This document shows, piece after piece, positions 28,701 to 41,499 of a stretch of DNA of 64,000 nucleotides; position 1 is the first letter of the stretch; every line of letters starts with the position of its first letter. Position numbers and translations under genes: made by a program. Source of the stretch: Azolla caroliniana. Taxonomy: Eukaryota; Plantae; Polypodiophyta. A model generated the notes under the pieces. That model had not been told where the DNA came from and did no database searches. It saw nothing but the letters and a program-made list of their open reading frames with translations. The stretch lies in NCBI GenBank assembly GCA_043228905.1, contig JBHGNT010000010.1:1-64000 (forward strand). The letters are read 5' to 3'.

Positions 28701-31700
28701 ATATCATAGCTAGCGTTGTTAGCTTCAATTCGCATGTTTGAACACAAAATTCTGATATCACACGAGCCAGGTATGAATATTTTAATTTACTCAAGGGCTT
28801 CTCTCAACTCACTCCTCAAATTTGGTAATCTCATCATGTCTCTCGACGTGAGTTTCAAAATCTTGATTTTTTAATTCCATATCATAGCTAGCGTTGTTAA
28901 CTTCGATTCGCATGTTTGAACACAAAATTCTGATATCACACGAGCCAGGTATGAATATTTTAATTTACTCAAGGGCTTCTCTCAACTCACTCCTCAAATT
29001 TGGTAATCTCATCATGTCTCTCGACCTGAGTTTCAAAATCTTGATTTTTTAATTCCATATCATAGCTAGCGTTGTTAGCTTCGATTCGCATGTTTGAATA
29101 CAAAAATCCGATATCACACGAGCCAGGTATGAACATTTTAATTTACTCAAGGCCTTCTCTCAACTCACTCCTCAAATTTGGTAATCTCATCATGTCTCTT
29201 GACCTGAGTTTGAAAATCTTGATTTTGTAATTCCATATCATAGCTAGCGTTGTTAGCTTGGATTTGCATGTTTGAACACAAAAATCCGATATCACACGAG
29301 CCAGGTATGAACATTTTAATTTACCTCATAGCTCTTCTCAACTCACTCCTCAAATTTGGTAATCTCATCATGTCTCTCGACCTGAGTTTCAAAATCTTGA
29401 TTTTTTAATTCCATATCATAGCTAGCGTTGTTAGCTTCAATTCGCATGTTTGAACACAAAATTCTGATATCACACGAGCCAGGTATGAATATTTTAATTT
29501 ACTCAAGGGCTTCTCTCAACTCACTCCTCAAATTTGGTAATCTCATCATGTCTCTCGACGTGAGTTTCAAAATCTTGATTTTTTAATTCCATATCATAGC
29601 TAGCGTTGTTAACTTCGATTCGCATGTTTGAACACAAAATTCTGATATCACACGAGCCAGGTATGAATATTTTAATTTACTCAAGGGCTTCTCTCAACTC
29701 ACTCCTCAAATTTGGTAATCTCATCATGTCTCTCGACCTGAGTTTCAAAATCTTGATTTTTTAATTCCATATCATAGCTAGCGTTGTTAGCTTCGATTCG
29801 CATGTTTGAATACAAAAATCCGATATCACACGAGCCAGGTATGAACATTTTAATTTACTCAAGGCCTTCTCTCAACTCACTCCTCAAATTTGGTAATCTC
29901 ATCATGTCTCTTGACCTGAGTTTGAAAATCTTGATTTTGTAATTCCATATCATAGCTAGCGTTGTTAGCTTCGATTCGCATGTTTGAACACAAAAATCCG
30001 ATATCACACGAGCCAGGTATGAACATTTTAATTTACCTCATAGCTCTTCTCAACTCACTCCTCAAATTTGGTAATCTCATCATGTCTCTCGACCTGAGTT
30101 TCAAAATCTTGATTTTTTAATTCCATATCATAGCTAGCGTTGTTAGCTTCAATTCGCATGTTTGAACACAAAATTCTGATATCACACGAGCCAGGTATGA
30201 ATATTTTAATTTACTCAAGGGCTTCTCTCAACTCACTCCTCAAATTTGGTAATCTCATCATGTCTCTCGACGTGAGTTTCAAAATCTTGATTTTTTAATT
30301 CCATATCATAGCTAGCGTTGTTAACTTCGATTCGCATGTTTGAACACAAAATTCTGATATCACACGAGCCAGGTATGAATATTTTAATTTACTCAAGGGC
30401 TTCTCTCAACTCACTCCTCAAATTTGGTAATCTCATCATGTCTCTCGACCTGAGTTTCAAAATCTTGATTTTTTAATTCCATATCATAGCTAGCGTTGTT
30501 AGCTTCGATTCGCATGTTTGAACACAAAAATCTGATATCACACGAGCCAGGTATGAACATTTTAATTTACTCAAGGCCTTCTCTCAACTCACTCCTCAAA
30601 TTTGGTAATCTCATCATGTCTCTTGACCTGAGTTTGAAAATCTTGATTTTGTAATTCCATATCATAGCTAGCGTTGTTAGCTTGGATTTGCATGTTTGAA
30701 CACAAAAATCCGATATCACACGAGCCAGGTATGAACATTTTAATTTACCTCATAGGTCTTCTCAACTCACTCCTCAAATTTGGTAATCTCATCATGTCTC
30801 TCGACCTGAGTTTCAAAATCTTGATTTTTTAATTCCATATCATAGCTAGCGTTGTTAGCTTCAATTCGCATGTTTGAACACAAAATTCTGATATCACACG
30901 AGCCAGGTATGAATATTTTAATTTACTCAAGGGCTTCTCTCAACTCACTCCTCAAATTTGGTAATCTCATCATGTCTCTCGACGTGAGTTTCAAAATCTT
31001 GATTTTTTAATTCCATATCATAGCTAGCGTTGTTAACTTCGATTCGCATGTTTGAACACAAAATTCTGATATCACACGAGCCAGGTATGAATATTTTAAT
31101 TTACTCAAGGGCTTCTCTCAACTCACTCCTCAAATTTGGTAATCTCATCATGTCTCTCGACCTGAGTTTCAAAATCTTGATTTTTTAATTCCATATCATA
31201 GCTAGCGTTGTTAGCTTCGATTCGCATGTTTGAACACAAAAATCCGATATCACACGAGCCAGGTATGAACATTTTAATTTACTCAAGGGCTTCTCTCAAC
31301 TCACTCCTCAAATTTGGTAATCTCATCATGTCTCTTGACCTGAGTTTGAAAATCTTGATTTTTTAACTCCATATCATAGCTAGCGTTGTTAGCTTCGATT
31401 CGCATGTTTGAACACAAAATTCTGATATCACACGAGCCAGGTATGAACATTTTAATTTACCTCATAGCTCTTCTCAACTCACTCCTCAAATTTGGTAATT
31501 TCGTCATGGCTCTCGACCTGAGTTTCAAAATCTTGATTTTTTAATTCCATATCATAGCTAGCGTAGTTAGCTTCGATTCGCATGTTTGAACACAAAATTC
31601 CGATATCACACGAGCCAGGTATGAACATTTTAATTTACCTCATAGCTCTTCTCAACTCACTCCTCAAATTTGGTAATCTCATCATGTCTCTCGACCTGAG

Positions 31701-32007
31701 TTTCAAAATCTTGATTTTTTAATTCCATATCATAGCTAGCGTTGTTAGCTTCGATTCGCATGTTTGACCACGAAATTCTGATATCACACGAGCCAGGTAT
31801 GAACATTTTAATTTACCTCATAGCTCTTCTCAACTCACTCCTCAAATTTGGTAATCTCATCATGTCTCTCGACCTGAGTTTCAAAATCTTGATTTTTTAA
31901 TTCCATATCATAGCTAGCGTTGTTAGCTTCGATTCGCATGTTTGACCACGAAATTCTGATATCACACGAGCCAGGTATGAACATTTTAATTTACCTCATA
32001 GCTCTTC
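7760..32007. repeat. Large segmental duplication within the satellite, copy 1 (part matched inside this window)
   Basis: Private variants recur in the same order in 35482-64000, at offsets 27722 (9916/37638, 12408/40130), then 30568 (21414/51982), then 31993 (23622/55615, 25759/57752). Confidence 0.93.
23212..27180. repeat. Higher-order repeat: about two tandem copies of a 12-monomer unit (2137 bp); repeated at about 55205-59173
   Basis: ORF pairs 23622/25759 and 55615/57752 are offset by 2137 = 12x178+1. Shared markers are TTACTTACTAG, CACACCAGCC, TAGCAAGCG and CTAGTGTTG. Edges are approximate. Confidence 0.88.
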
Positions 32008-32470
32008 TCAACTCACTCCTCAAATTTGGTAATCTCCTCATGTCTCTCGACGTGAGTTTGAAAATCTTGATTTTTTAATTCCATATCATAGCTAGCGTTG
32101 TTAGCTTGGATTTGCATGTTTGAACACAAAAATCCGATATCACACGAGCCAGGTATGAACATTTTAATTTACCTCATAGCTCTTCTCAACTCACTCCTCA
32201 AATTTGGTAATCTCATCATGTCTCTCGACCTGAGTTTCAAAATCTTGATTTTTTAATTCCATATCATAGCTAGCGTTGTTAGCTTCAATTCGCATGTTTG
32301 AACACAAAATTCTGATATCACACGAGCCAGGTATGAATATTTTAATTTACTCAAGGGCTTCTCTCAACTCACTCCTCAAATTTGGTAATCTCATCATGTC
32401 TCTCGACGTGAGTTTGAAAATCTTGATTTTTTAATTCCATATCATAGCTAGCGTTGTTAGCTTCGATTCG
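28199..32470. repeat. Subtype-C satellite domain containing four tandem 712-bp 4-mer units (28377-31224)
   Basis: Diagnostic variants are GGTAATCTCATCATG, TACCTCATAGC, AATTCTGAT and GACGTGAG. ACCTCATAG recurs at 28611, 29323, 30035, 30747 (period 712). Confidence 0.92.
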
Positions 32471-35184
32471 CATGTTTGAACACAAAATTCTGATATCACA
32501 CGAGCCAGGTATGAACATTTTAATTTACTCAAGGGCTCCTCTCAACTCCCTCCTCAAGTTTGCTATTTTCGTCATGTCTCTCGACCTGAATTTTAAAATC
32601 TTGATTTTTTAATTCCATATCATAGCTAGCGTTGTTAGCTTCGATTCGCATGTTTGAACACAAAACTCCGATACCACACGAGCCAGGTATGAACAGTTTA
32701 ATTTACTCCAGGCCTCCTCTCAACTCCCTCCTAAAGTTTGCTATTTTCGTCATGTCTCTCGACCTGAGTTTCAAAATCTTGATTTTTTAATTCCATATCA
32801 TAGGTAGCGTTGTTAGCTTCGATTCGCATGTTTGCACACAAAAATCCAATATCACACGAGCCAGGTATGAACAGTTTAATTTACTCAAGGGCTCCTCCCA
32901 ACTCCCTCCTCAAGTTTGCTATTTTCGTCATGTCTCTCGACCTGAGTTTCAAAATCTTGATTTTTTAATTCCATATCATAGCTAGTGTTGTTAGCTTCGA
33001 TTCGCATGTTTGAACATAAAAATCCGATATCACACGAGCCAGGTATGAACATTTTAATTTACCTACTAGCTCTTGTCAACTCACTCCTCAAATTTGGTAA
33101 TTTCGTCATATCTCTCGACCTGAGTTTTTAAAATCTTGATTTTTTAATTCCATATCATAGCTAGCGTTGTTAGCTTCGATTCGCATGTTTGAACACAAAA
33201 CTCCGATTTCACACGAATCAGGTATGAACAGTTTAATTTACTCCAGGCCTCCTCTCAACTCCCTCCTAAAGTTTGCTATTTTCGTCATGTCTCTCGACCT
33301 GAGTTTCAAAATCTTGATTTTTTAATTCCATATCATAGCTAGCGTTGTTAGCTTCGATTCGCATGTTTGAACACAAAAATCCGATATCACACGAACCAGG
33401 TGTGAACATTTAAATTTACCTACTAGCTCTTCTCAACTCACTCCTCAAATTTGGTAATTTCGTCATATCTCTCGACCTGACTTTCAAAATCTTGATTTTT
33501 TAATTCCATATCATAGCTAGCGTTGTTAGCTTCGATTCGCATGTTTGAACACAAAAATCCGATATCACACGAGCCAGGTATGAACAGTTTAATTTACTCA
33601 AGGGCTCCTCCCAACTCCCTCCTCAAGTTTGCTATTTTCGTCATGTCTCTCGACCTGAGTTTCAAAATCTTGATTTTTTAATTCCATATCATAGCTAGCG
33701 TTGTTAGCTTCGATACGCATGTTTGAACACAAAAATCCGATATCACACGAGCCAGGTATGAACATTTAAATTTACCTACTAGCTATTCTCAACTCACTCC
33801 TCAAATTTGGTAATTAAGTCATGTCTCTCGACCTGAGTTTCAAAATCTTGATTTTTTAATACCATATCATACCTAGCATTGTTAGCTTCGATTCGCATGT
33901 TTGAACACAAAAATCCGATATCACACGAGCCAGGTATGAACATTTAAATTTACCTACTAGCTCTTCTCAACTCACTCCTCAAATTTGGTAATTTCGTCAT
34001 ATCTCTCGACCTGAGTTTCAAAATCTTGATTTTTTAATTCCATATTATAGCTAGCGTTGTTAGCTTCGATTCGCATGTTTGAACACAAAAATCCGATATC
34101 ACACGAGCCAGGTATGAACAGTTTAATTTACTCAAGGGCTCCTCCCAACTCCCTCCTCAAGTTTGCTATTTTCGTCATGTCTCTCGACCTGAGTTTCAAA
34201 ATCTTGACTTTTTAATTCCATATCATAGCTAGCGTTGTTAGCTTCGATTATGATGTTTGAACACAGAAATCCGATATCACACGAGCCAGGTATGAACATT
34301 TTAATTTACTGAAGGGCTGTTCTCAACTCCCTCGTCAAGTTTGCTATTTTCGTCATGTCTCTCGACCTGAGTTTCAAAATATTGATTTTTTAATTCCATA
34401 TCATAGGTAGCGTTGTTAGCTTCGATTTGCATGTTTGAACACAAAAATCCGATATAACACGAGCCAGGTATGAACAGTTTAATTTACTCAAGGGCTCCTC
34501 CCAACTCCCTCCTCAAGTTTGCTATTTTCGTCATGTCTCTCGACCTGAGTTTCAAAATCTTGATTTTTTAATTCCATATCATTGCTAGCGTTGTTAGCTT
34601 CGATTCGCATGTTTGAACACAAAAATCCGATATCACACGAGCCAGGTATGAACATTTTAATTTACCTACTAGCTCTTCTCAACTCACTCCTCAAATTTGG
34701 TAATTTCGTCATATCTCTCGACCTGAGTTTCAAAATCTTGATTTTTTAATTCCATATCATAGCTAGCGTTGTTAGCTTCGATTCGCATGTTTGAACACAA
34801 AAATCCGATATCACACGAGCCAGGTATGAACATTTAAATTTACCTACTAGCTCTTCTCAACTCACTCCTCAAATTTGGTAATTTCGTCATATCTCTCGAC
34901 CTGAGTTTCAAAATCTTGATTTTTTAATTCCATATCATAGCTAGCGTTGTTAGCTTCGATTCGGATGTTTGAACACAAAAATCCGATATCACACGAGCCA
35001 GGTATGAACAGTTTAATTTACTCAAGGGCTCCTCCCAACTCCCTCCTCAAGTTTGCTATTTTCGTCATGTCTCTCGACCTGAGTTTCAAAATCTTGATTT
35101 TTTAATTCCATATCATAGCTAGCGTTGTTAGCTTCGATACGCATGTTTGAACACAAAAATCCGATATCACACGAGCCAGGTATG

Positions 35185-35411
35185 TGTTGGGATTTCGGTC
35201 CCTTCAGATGGGATGGTCGGATGTCGGAGGCCAAAGTCGACAAGCCCGGTTCCGGTTTCGGAACCGGATGATGAAGACCCCTACTTCTGAGTCGGATGAC
35301 GAATGTACCCGAAGAAGAGATCCGGATGCAGGGACATATCCGTGAATATGTCTGCTAAGGGCCCCTCTGAGGCTATAGTTGTAAATAGCCCTAAAGTCAT
35401 ATATGTATAAA
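35185..35411 (+). mobile_element. 227-bp non-satellite insert, probably a truncated 5' (U3) fragment of an LTR retrotransposon long terminal repeat
   Basis: The satellite breaks after ...CCAGGTATG and the insert starts TGTTGGG, a common plant LTR 5' terminus. It has four CGGATG motifs and TATAAAT at 35406-35412. The satellite resumes at TCTTGACCTGAG with 65 bp of monomer missing. There is no CA terminus or target-site duplication. The insert itself is certain; LTR identity is inferred. Confidence 0.65.
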
Positions 35412-38400
35412 TCTTGACCTGAGTTTCAAAATCTTGATTTTTTAATTCCATATCATAGCTAGCGTTGTTAGCTTCGATACGCATGTTTGAACACAAAAAT
35501 CCGATATCACACGAGCCAGGTATGAACAGTTTAATTTACTCAAGGGCTCCTCCCAACTCCCTCCTCAAGTTTGCTATTTTCGTCATGTCTCTCGACCTGA
35601 GTTTCAAAATCTTGATTTTTTAATTCCATATCATAGCTAGCGTTGTTAGCTTCGATACGCATGTTTGAACACAAAAATCCGATATCACACGAGCCAGGTA
35701 TGAACATTTTAATTTACCTACTAGCTCTTGTCAACTCACTCCTCGAATTTGGTAATTTCGTCATATCTCTCGACCTGAGTTTCAAAATCTTGATTTTTTA
35801 ATTCCATATCATAGCTAGCGTTGTTAGCTTCGATTCGCATTTTGAACACAAAAATCCGATATCACACGAGCCAGGTATGAACATTTAAATTTACCTACTA
35901 GCTCTTCTCAACTCACTCCTCAAATTTGGTAATTTCGTCATATCTCTCGACCTGAGTTTCAAAATCTTGATTTTTTAATTCCATATCATAGCTAGCGTTG
36001 TTAGCTTCGATTCGCATGTTTGAACACAAAAATCCGATACCACACGAGCCAGGTATGAACAGTTTAATTTACTCCAGGCCTCCTCTCAACTCCCTCCTAA
36101 AGTTTGCTATTTTCGTCATGATTCTCGACCTGAGTTTCAAAATCTTGATTTTTTAATTCCATATCATAGGTAGCGTTGTTAGCTTCGATTCGCATGTTTG
36201 CACACAAAAATCCGATATCACACGAGCCAGGTATGAACAGTTTAATTTACTCAAGGGCTCCTCCCAACTCCCTCCTCAAGTTTGCTATTTTCGTCATGTC
36301 TCTCGACCTGAGTTTCAAAATCTTGATTTTTTAATTCCATATCATAGCTAGCGTAGTTAGCTTCGATTCGCATGTTTGAACACAAAAATCCGATATCACA
36401 CGAGCCAGGTATGAACATTTAAATTTACCTACTAGCTCTTCTCAACTCACTCCTAAAATTTGGTAATTTCGTCATATCTCTCGACCTGAGTTTCAAAATC
36501 TTGATTTTTTAATTCCATATCATAGCTAGCGTTGTTAGCTTCGATTCGCATGTTTAAACACAAAACTCAGATACCACACGAGCCAGGTATGAACAGTTTA
36601 ATTTACTCCAGGCCTCCTCTCAACTCCCTCCTAAAGTTTGCTATTTTCGTCATGTCTCTCGACCTGAGTTTCAAAATCTTGATTTTTTAATTCCATATCA
36701 TAGGTAGCGATGTTAGCTTCGATTCCCATGTTTGCACACAAAAATCCGATATCACACGAGCCAGGTATGAACAGTTTAATTTACTCAAGGGCTCCTCCCA
36801 ACTCCCTCCTCAAGTTTACTATTTTCGTCATGTCTCTCGACCTGAGTTTCAAAATCTTGATTTTTTAATTCCATATCATAGGTAGCGTTGTTAGCTTCGA
36901 TTAGCATGTTTGAACACAAAAATCCGATACCACACGAGCCGGGTATGAACAGTTTAATTTACTCCAGGCCTCCTCTCAACTCCCTCCTAAAGTTTGCTAT
37001 TTTCGTCATGTCTCTCGACCTGAGTTTCAAAATCTTGATTTTTTAATTCCATATCATAGCTAGCGTTGTTAGCTTCGATTCGCATGTTTGCACACAAAAA
37101 TCCGATATCACACGAAGCAGGTATGAACAGTTTAATTTACTCAAGGGCTCCTCCCAACTCCCTCCTCAAGTTTGCTATTTTCGTCATGTCTCTCGACCTG
37201 AGTTTCAAAATCTTGATTTTTTAATTCCATATCATAGGTAGCGTTGTTAAATTCGATTCGCATGTTTGCACACAAAAATCCGATATCACACGAGCCAGGT
37301 ATGAACAGTTTAATTTACTCAAGGGCTCCTCCCAACTCCCTCCTCAAGTTTGCTATTTTCGTCATGTCTCTCCATATCATAGCTAGGGTTGTTAGCTTCG
37401 ATTCGCATGTTTGAACACAAAAATCCGATATCACACGAGCCAGGTATGAATATTTAAATTTACCTACTAGCTATTCTCAACTCACTCCTCAAATTTGGTA
37501 ATTAAGTCATGTCTCTCGACCTGAGTTTCAAAATCTTGATTTTTTAATACCATATCATAGCTAGCATTGTTATCTTCGATTCGCATGTTTGAACACAAGA
37601 ATCCGATATCACACGAGCCAGGTATGAACATTTAAATTTACCTACTAGCTCTTCTCAACTCACTCCTCAAATTTGGTAATTTCGTCATATCTCTCGACTT
37701 GACTTTCAAAATCTTGATTTTTAAATTCCATATCATAGCTAGCGTTGTTAGCTTCGATTTGCATGTTTGAGTACAGAAATCCGATATCACACGAGCCAGG
37801 TATGAACATTTTAATTTACTCAAGGGCTCCTCTCAACTCCCTCCTCAAGTTTGCTATTTTCGTCATATCTCTCGACCTGACTTTCAAAATCTTGATTTTT
37901 AAATTCCATATCATAGCTAGCGTTGTTAGCTTCGATTTGCATGTTTGAGTACAGAAATCCGATATCACACGAGCCAGGTATGAACATTTTAATTTACTCA
38001 AGGGCTCCTCTCAACTCCCTCCTCAAGTTTGCTATTTTCGTCATGTCTCTCGACCTGAGTTTCAAAATCTTGATTTTTTAATTTCATATCATAGCTAGCG
38101 TTGTTAGCTTCGATTCGCATGTTTGAACACAAGAATCCGATATCACACGAGCCAGGTATGAACATTTTAATTTACCTACTAGCTCTTCTCAACTCACTCC
38201 TCAAATTTGGTAATTTTGTCAAATCTCTCGACCTGAGTTTCAAAATCTTGATTTTTTAATTCCATATAATAGCTAGCGTCGTTAGCTTCGATTTGCATAT
38301 TTGAACACAGATATCCAATATCACACGAGCCAGGTATGAACATTTTAATTTACTCAAGGGCTCCTCTCAACTCCCTCCTCAAGTTTGCTATTTTCGTCAT

Positions 38401-41400
38401 GTCTCTCGACCTGAATTTTAAAATCTTGATTTTTTAATTCCATATCATAGCTAGCGTTGTTAGCTTCGATTCGCATGTTTGAATACAAAAATCCGATATC
38501 ACACGAGCCAGGTATGAACATTTTAATTTACTCAAGGCCTTCTCTCAACTCACTCCTCAAATTTGGTAATCTCATCATGTCTCTTGACCTGAGTTTGAAA
38601 ATCTTGATTTTTTAATTCCATATCATAGCTAGCGTTGTTAGCTTCGATTCGCATGTTTAAACACAAAACTCCGATACCACACGAGCCAGGTATGAACATT
38701 TTAATTTACCTACTAGCTCTTCTCAACTCACTCCTCAAATTTGGTAATTTCGTCATATCTCTTGACCTGAGTTTCAAAATCTTGATTTTTTAATTCCATA
38801 TCATAGGTAGCGTTGTTAGCTTCGATTCGCATGTTTGCACACAAAAATCCGATATCACACGAGCCAGGTATGAACAGTTTAATTTACTCAAGGGCTCCTC
38901 CCAACTCCCTCCTCAAGTTTGCTATTTTCGTCATGTCTCTCGACCTGAGTTTCAAAATCTTGATTTTTTAATTCCATATCATAGCTAGCGTTGTTAGCTT
39001 CGATTCGCATGTTTGAACACAAAAATCCGATATCACACGACCCAGGTATGAACAGTTTAATTTACTCAAGGGCTCCTCCCAACTCCCTCCTCAAGTTTGC
39101 TATTTTCGTCATGTCTCTCGACCTGAGTTTCAAAATCTTGATTTTTTAATTCCATATCATAGCTAGCGTTGTTAGCTTCGATACGCATGTTTGAACACAA
39201 AAATCCGATATCACACGAGCCAGGTATGAACATTTTAATTTACCTACTAGCTCTTCTCAACTCACTCCTCAAATTTGGTAATTTCGTCATATCTCTCGAC
39301 CTGAGTTTCAAAATCTTGATTTTTTAATTCCATATCATAGCTAGCGTTGTTAGCTTCGATTCGCATGTTTGAACACAAGAATCCGATATCACACGAGCCA
39401 GGTATGAACATTTAAATTTACCTACTAGCTCTTCTCAACTCACTCCTAAAATTTGGTAATTTCGTCATATCTCTCGACCTGAGTTTCAAAATCTTGATTT
39501 TTTAATTCCATATCATAGCTAGCGTTGTTAGCTTCGATTCGCATGTTTAAACACAAAACTCCGATACCACACGAGCCAGGTATGAACAGTTTAATTTACT
39601 CCAGGCCTCCTCTCAACTCCCTCCTAAAGTTTGCTATTTTCGTCATGTCTCTCGACCTGAGTTTCAAAATCTTGATTTTTTAATTCCATATCATAGGTAG
39701 CGTTGTTAGCTTCGATTCCCATGTTTGCACACAAAAATCCGATATCACACGAGCCAGGTATGAACATTTAAATTTACCTACTAGCTCTTCTCAACTCACT
39801 CCTCAAATTTGGTAATTTCGTCATATCTCTCGACCTGAGTTTCAAAATCTTGATTTTTTAATTCCATATCATAGCTAGCGTTGTTAGCTTCGATTCGCAT
39901 GTTTGAACACAAAAATCCGATATCACACGAGCCAGGTATGAACATTTAAATTTACCTACTAGCTATTCTCAACTCACTCCTTAAATTTGGTAATTAAGTC
40001 ATATCTCTCGACCTGAGTTTCAAAATCTTGATTTTTTAATACCATATCATAGCTAGCATTGTTAGCTTCGATTCGCATGTTTGAACACAAGAATCCGATA
40101 TCACACGAGCCAGGTATGAACATTTAAATTTACCTACTAGCTCTTCTCAACTCACTCCTCAAATTTGGTAATTTCGTCATATCTCTCGACTTGACTTTCA
40201 AAATCTTGATTTTTAAATTCCATATAATAGCTAGCGTTGTTAGCTTCGATTTGCATGTTTGAGTACAGTAATCCGATATCACACGAGCCAGGTATGAACA
40301 TTTTAATTTACTCAAGGGCTCCTCTCAACTCCCTCCTCATGTTTGCTATTTTCGTCATGTCTCTCGACCTGAATTTCAAAATCTTGATTTTTTAATTCCA
40401 TATCATAGCTAGCGTTGTTAGCTTCGATTCGCATGTTTAAACACAAAACTCCGATACCACACGAGCCAGGTATGAACAGTTTAATTTACTCCAGGCCTCC
40501 TCTCAACTCCCTCCTAAAGTTTGCTATTTTCGTCATGTCTCTCGACCTGAGTTTCAAAATCTTGATTTTTTAATTCCATATCATAGGTAGCGTTGTTAGC
40601 TTCGATTAGCATGTTTGAACACAAAAATCCGATACCACACGAGCCGGGTATGAACAGTTTAATTTACTCCAGGCCTCCTCTCAACTCCCTCCTAAAGTTT
40701 GCTATTTTCGTCATATCTCTCGACCTGAGTTTCAAAATCTTGATTTTTTAATTCCATATCATAGGTAGCGTTGTTAGCTTCGATTCGCATGTTTGCACAC
40801 AAAAATCCGATATCACACGAGCCAGGTATGAACAGTTTAATTTACTCAAGGGCTCCTCCCAACTCCCTCCTCAAGTTTGCTATTTTCGTCATGTCTCTCG
40901 ACCTGAGTTTCAAAATCTTGATTTTTTAATTCCATATCATAGCTAGCGTTGTTAGCTTCGATTCGCATGTTTGAACACAAAAATCCGATATCACACGAGC
41001 CAGGTATGAACATTTAAATTTACCTACTAGCTCTTCTCAACTCACTCCTAAAATTTGGTAATTTCGTCATATCTCTCGACCTGAGTTTCAAAATCTTGAT
41101 TTTTTAATTCCATATCATAGCTAGCGTTGTTAGCTTCGATTCGCATGTTTGAACACAAAAATCCGATACCACACGAGCCAGGTATGAACAGTTTAATTTA
41201 CTCCAGGGCTCCTCTCAACTCCCTCCTAAAGTTTGCTATTTTCGTCATGTCTCTCGACCTGAGTTTCAAAATCTTGATTTTTTAATTCCATATCATAGGT
41301 AGCGTTGTTAGCTTCGATTCGCATGTTTGCACACAAAAATCCGATATCACACGAGCCAGGTATGAACAGTTTAATTTACTCAAGGGCTCCTCCCAACTCC

Positions 41401-41499
41401 CTCCTCAAGTTTGCTATTTTCGTCATGTCTCTCGACCTGAGTTTCAAAATCTTGATTTTTTAATTCCATGTCATAGCTAGCGTTGTTAGCTTCGATTCG

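Noticed and set aside
35389-35395. Single CCCTAAA in the insert as a relic telomere or healing site
   Set aside because: One heptamer without the preceding AAA of a telo-box is plausible by chance and overlaps a hairpin arm.
35022-35496. 73-aa and 71-aa ORFs crossing the insert junctions
   Set aside because: Chimeric satellite/insert reading frames with no recognisable domain.
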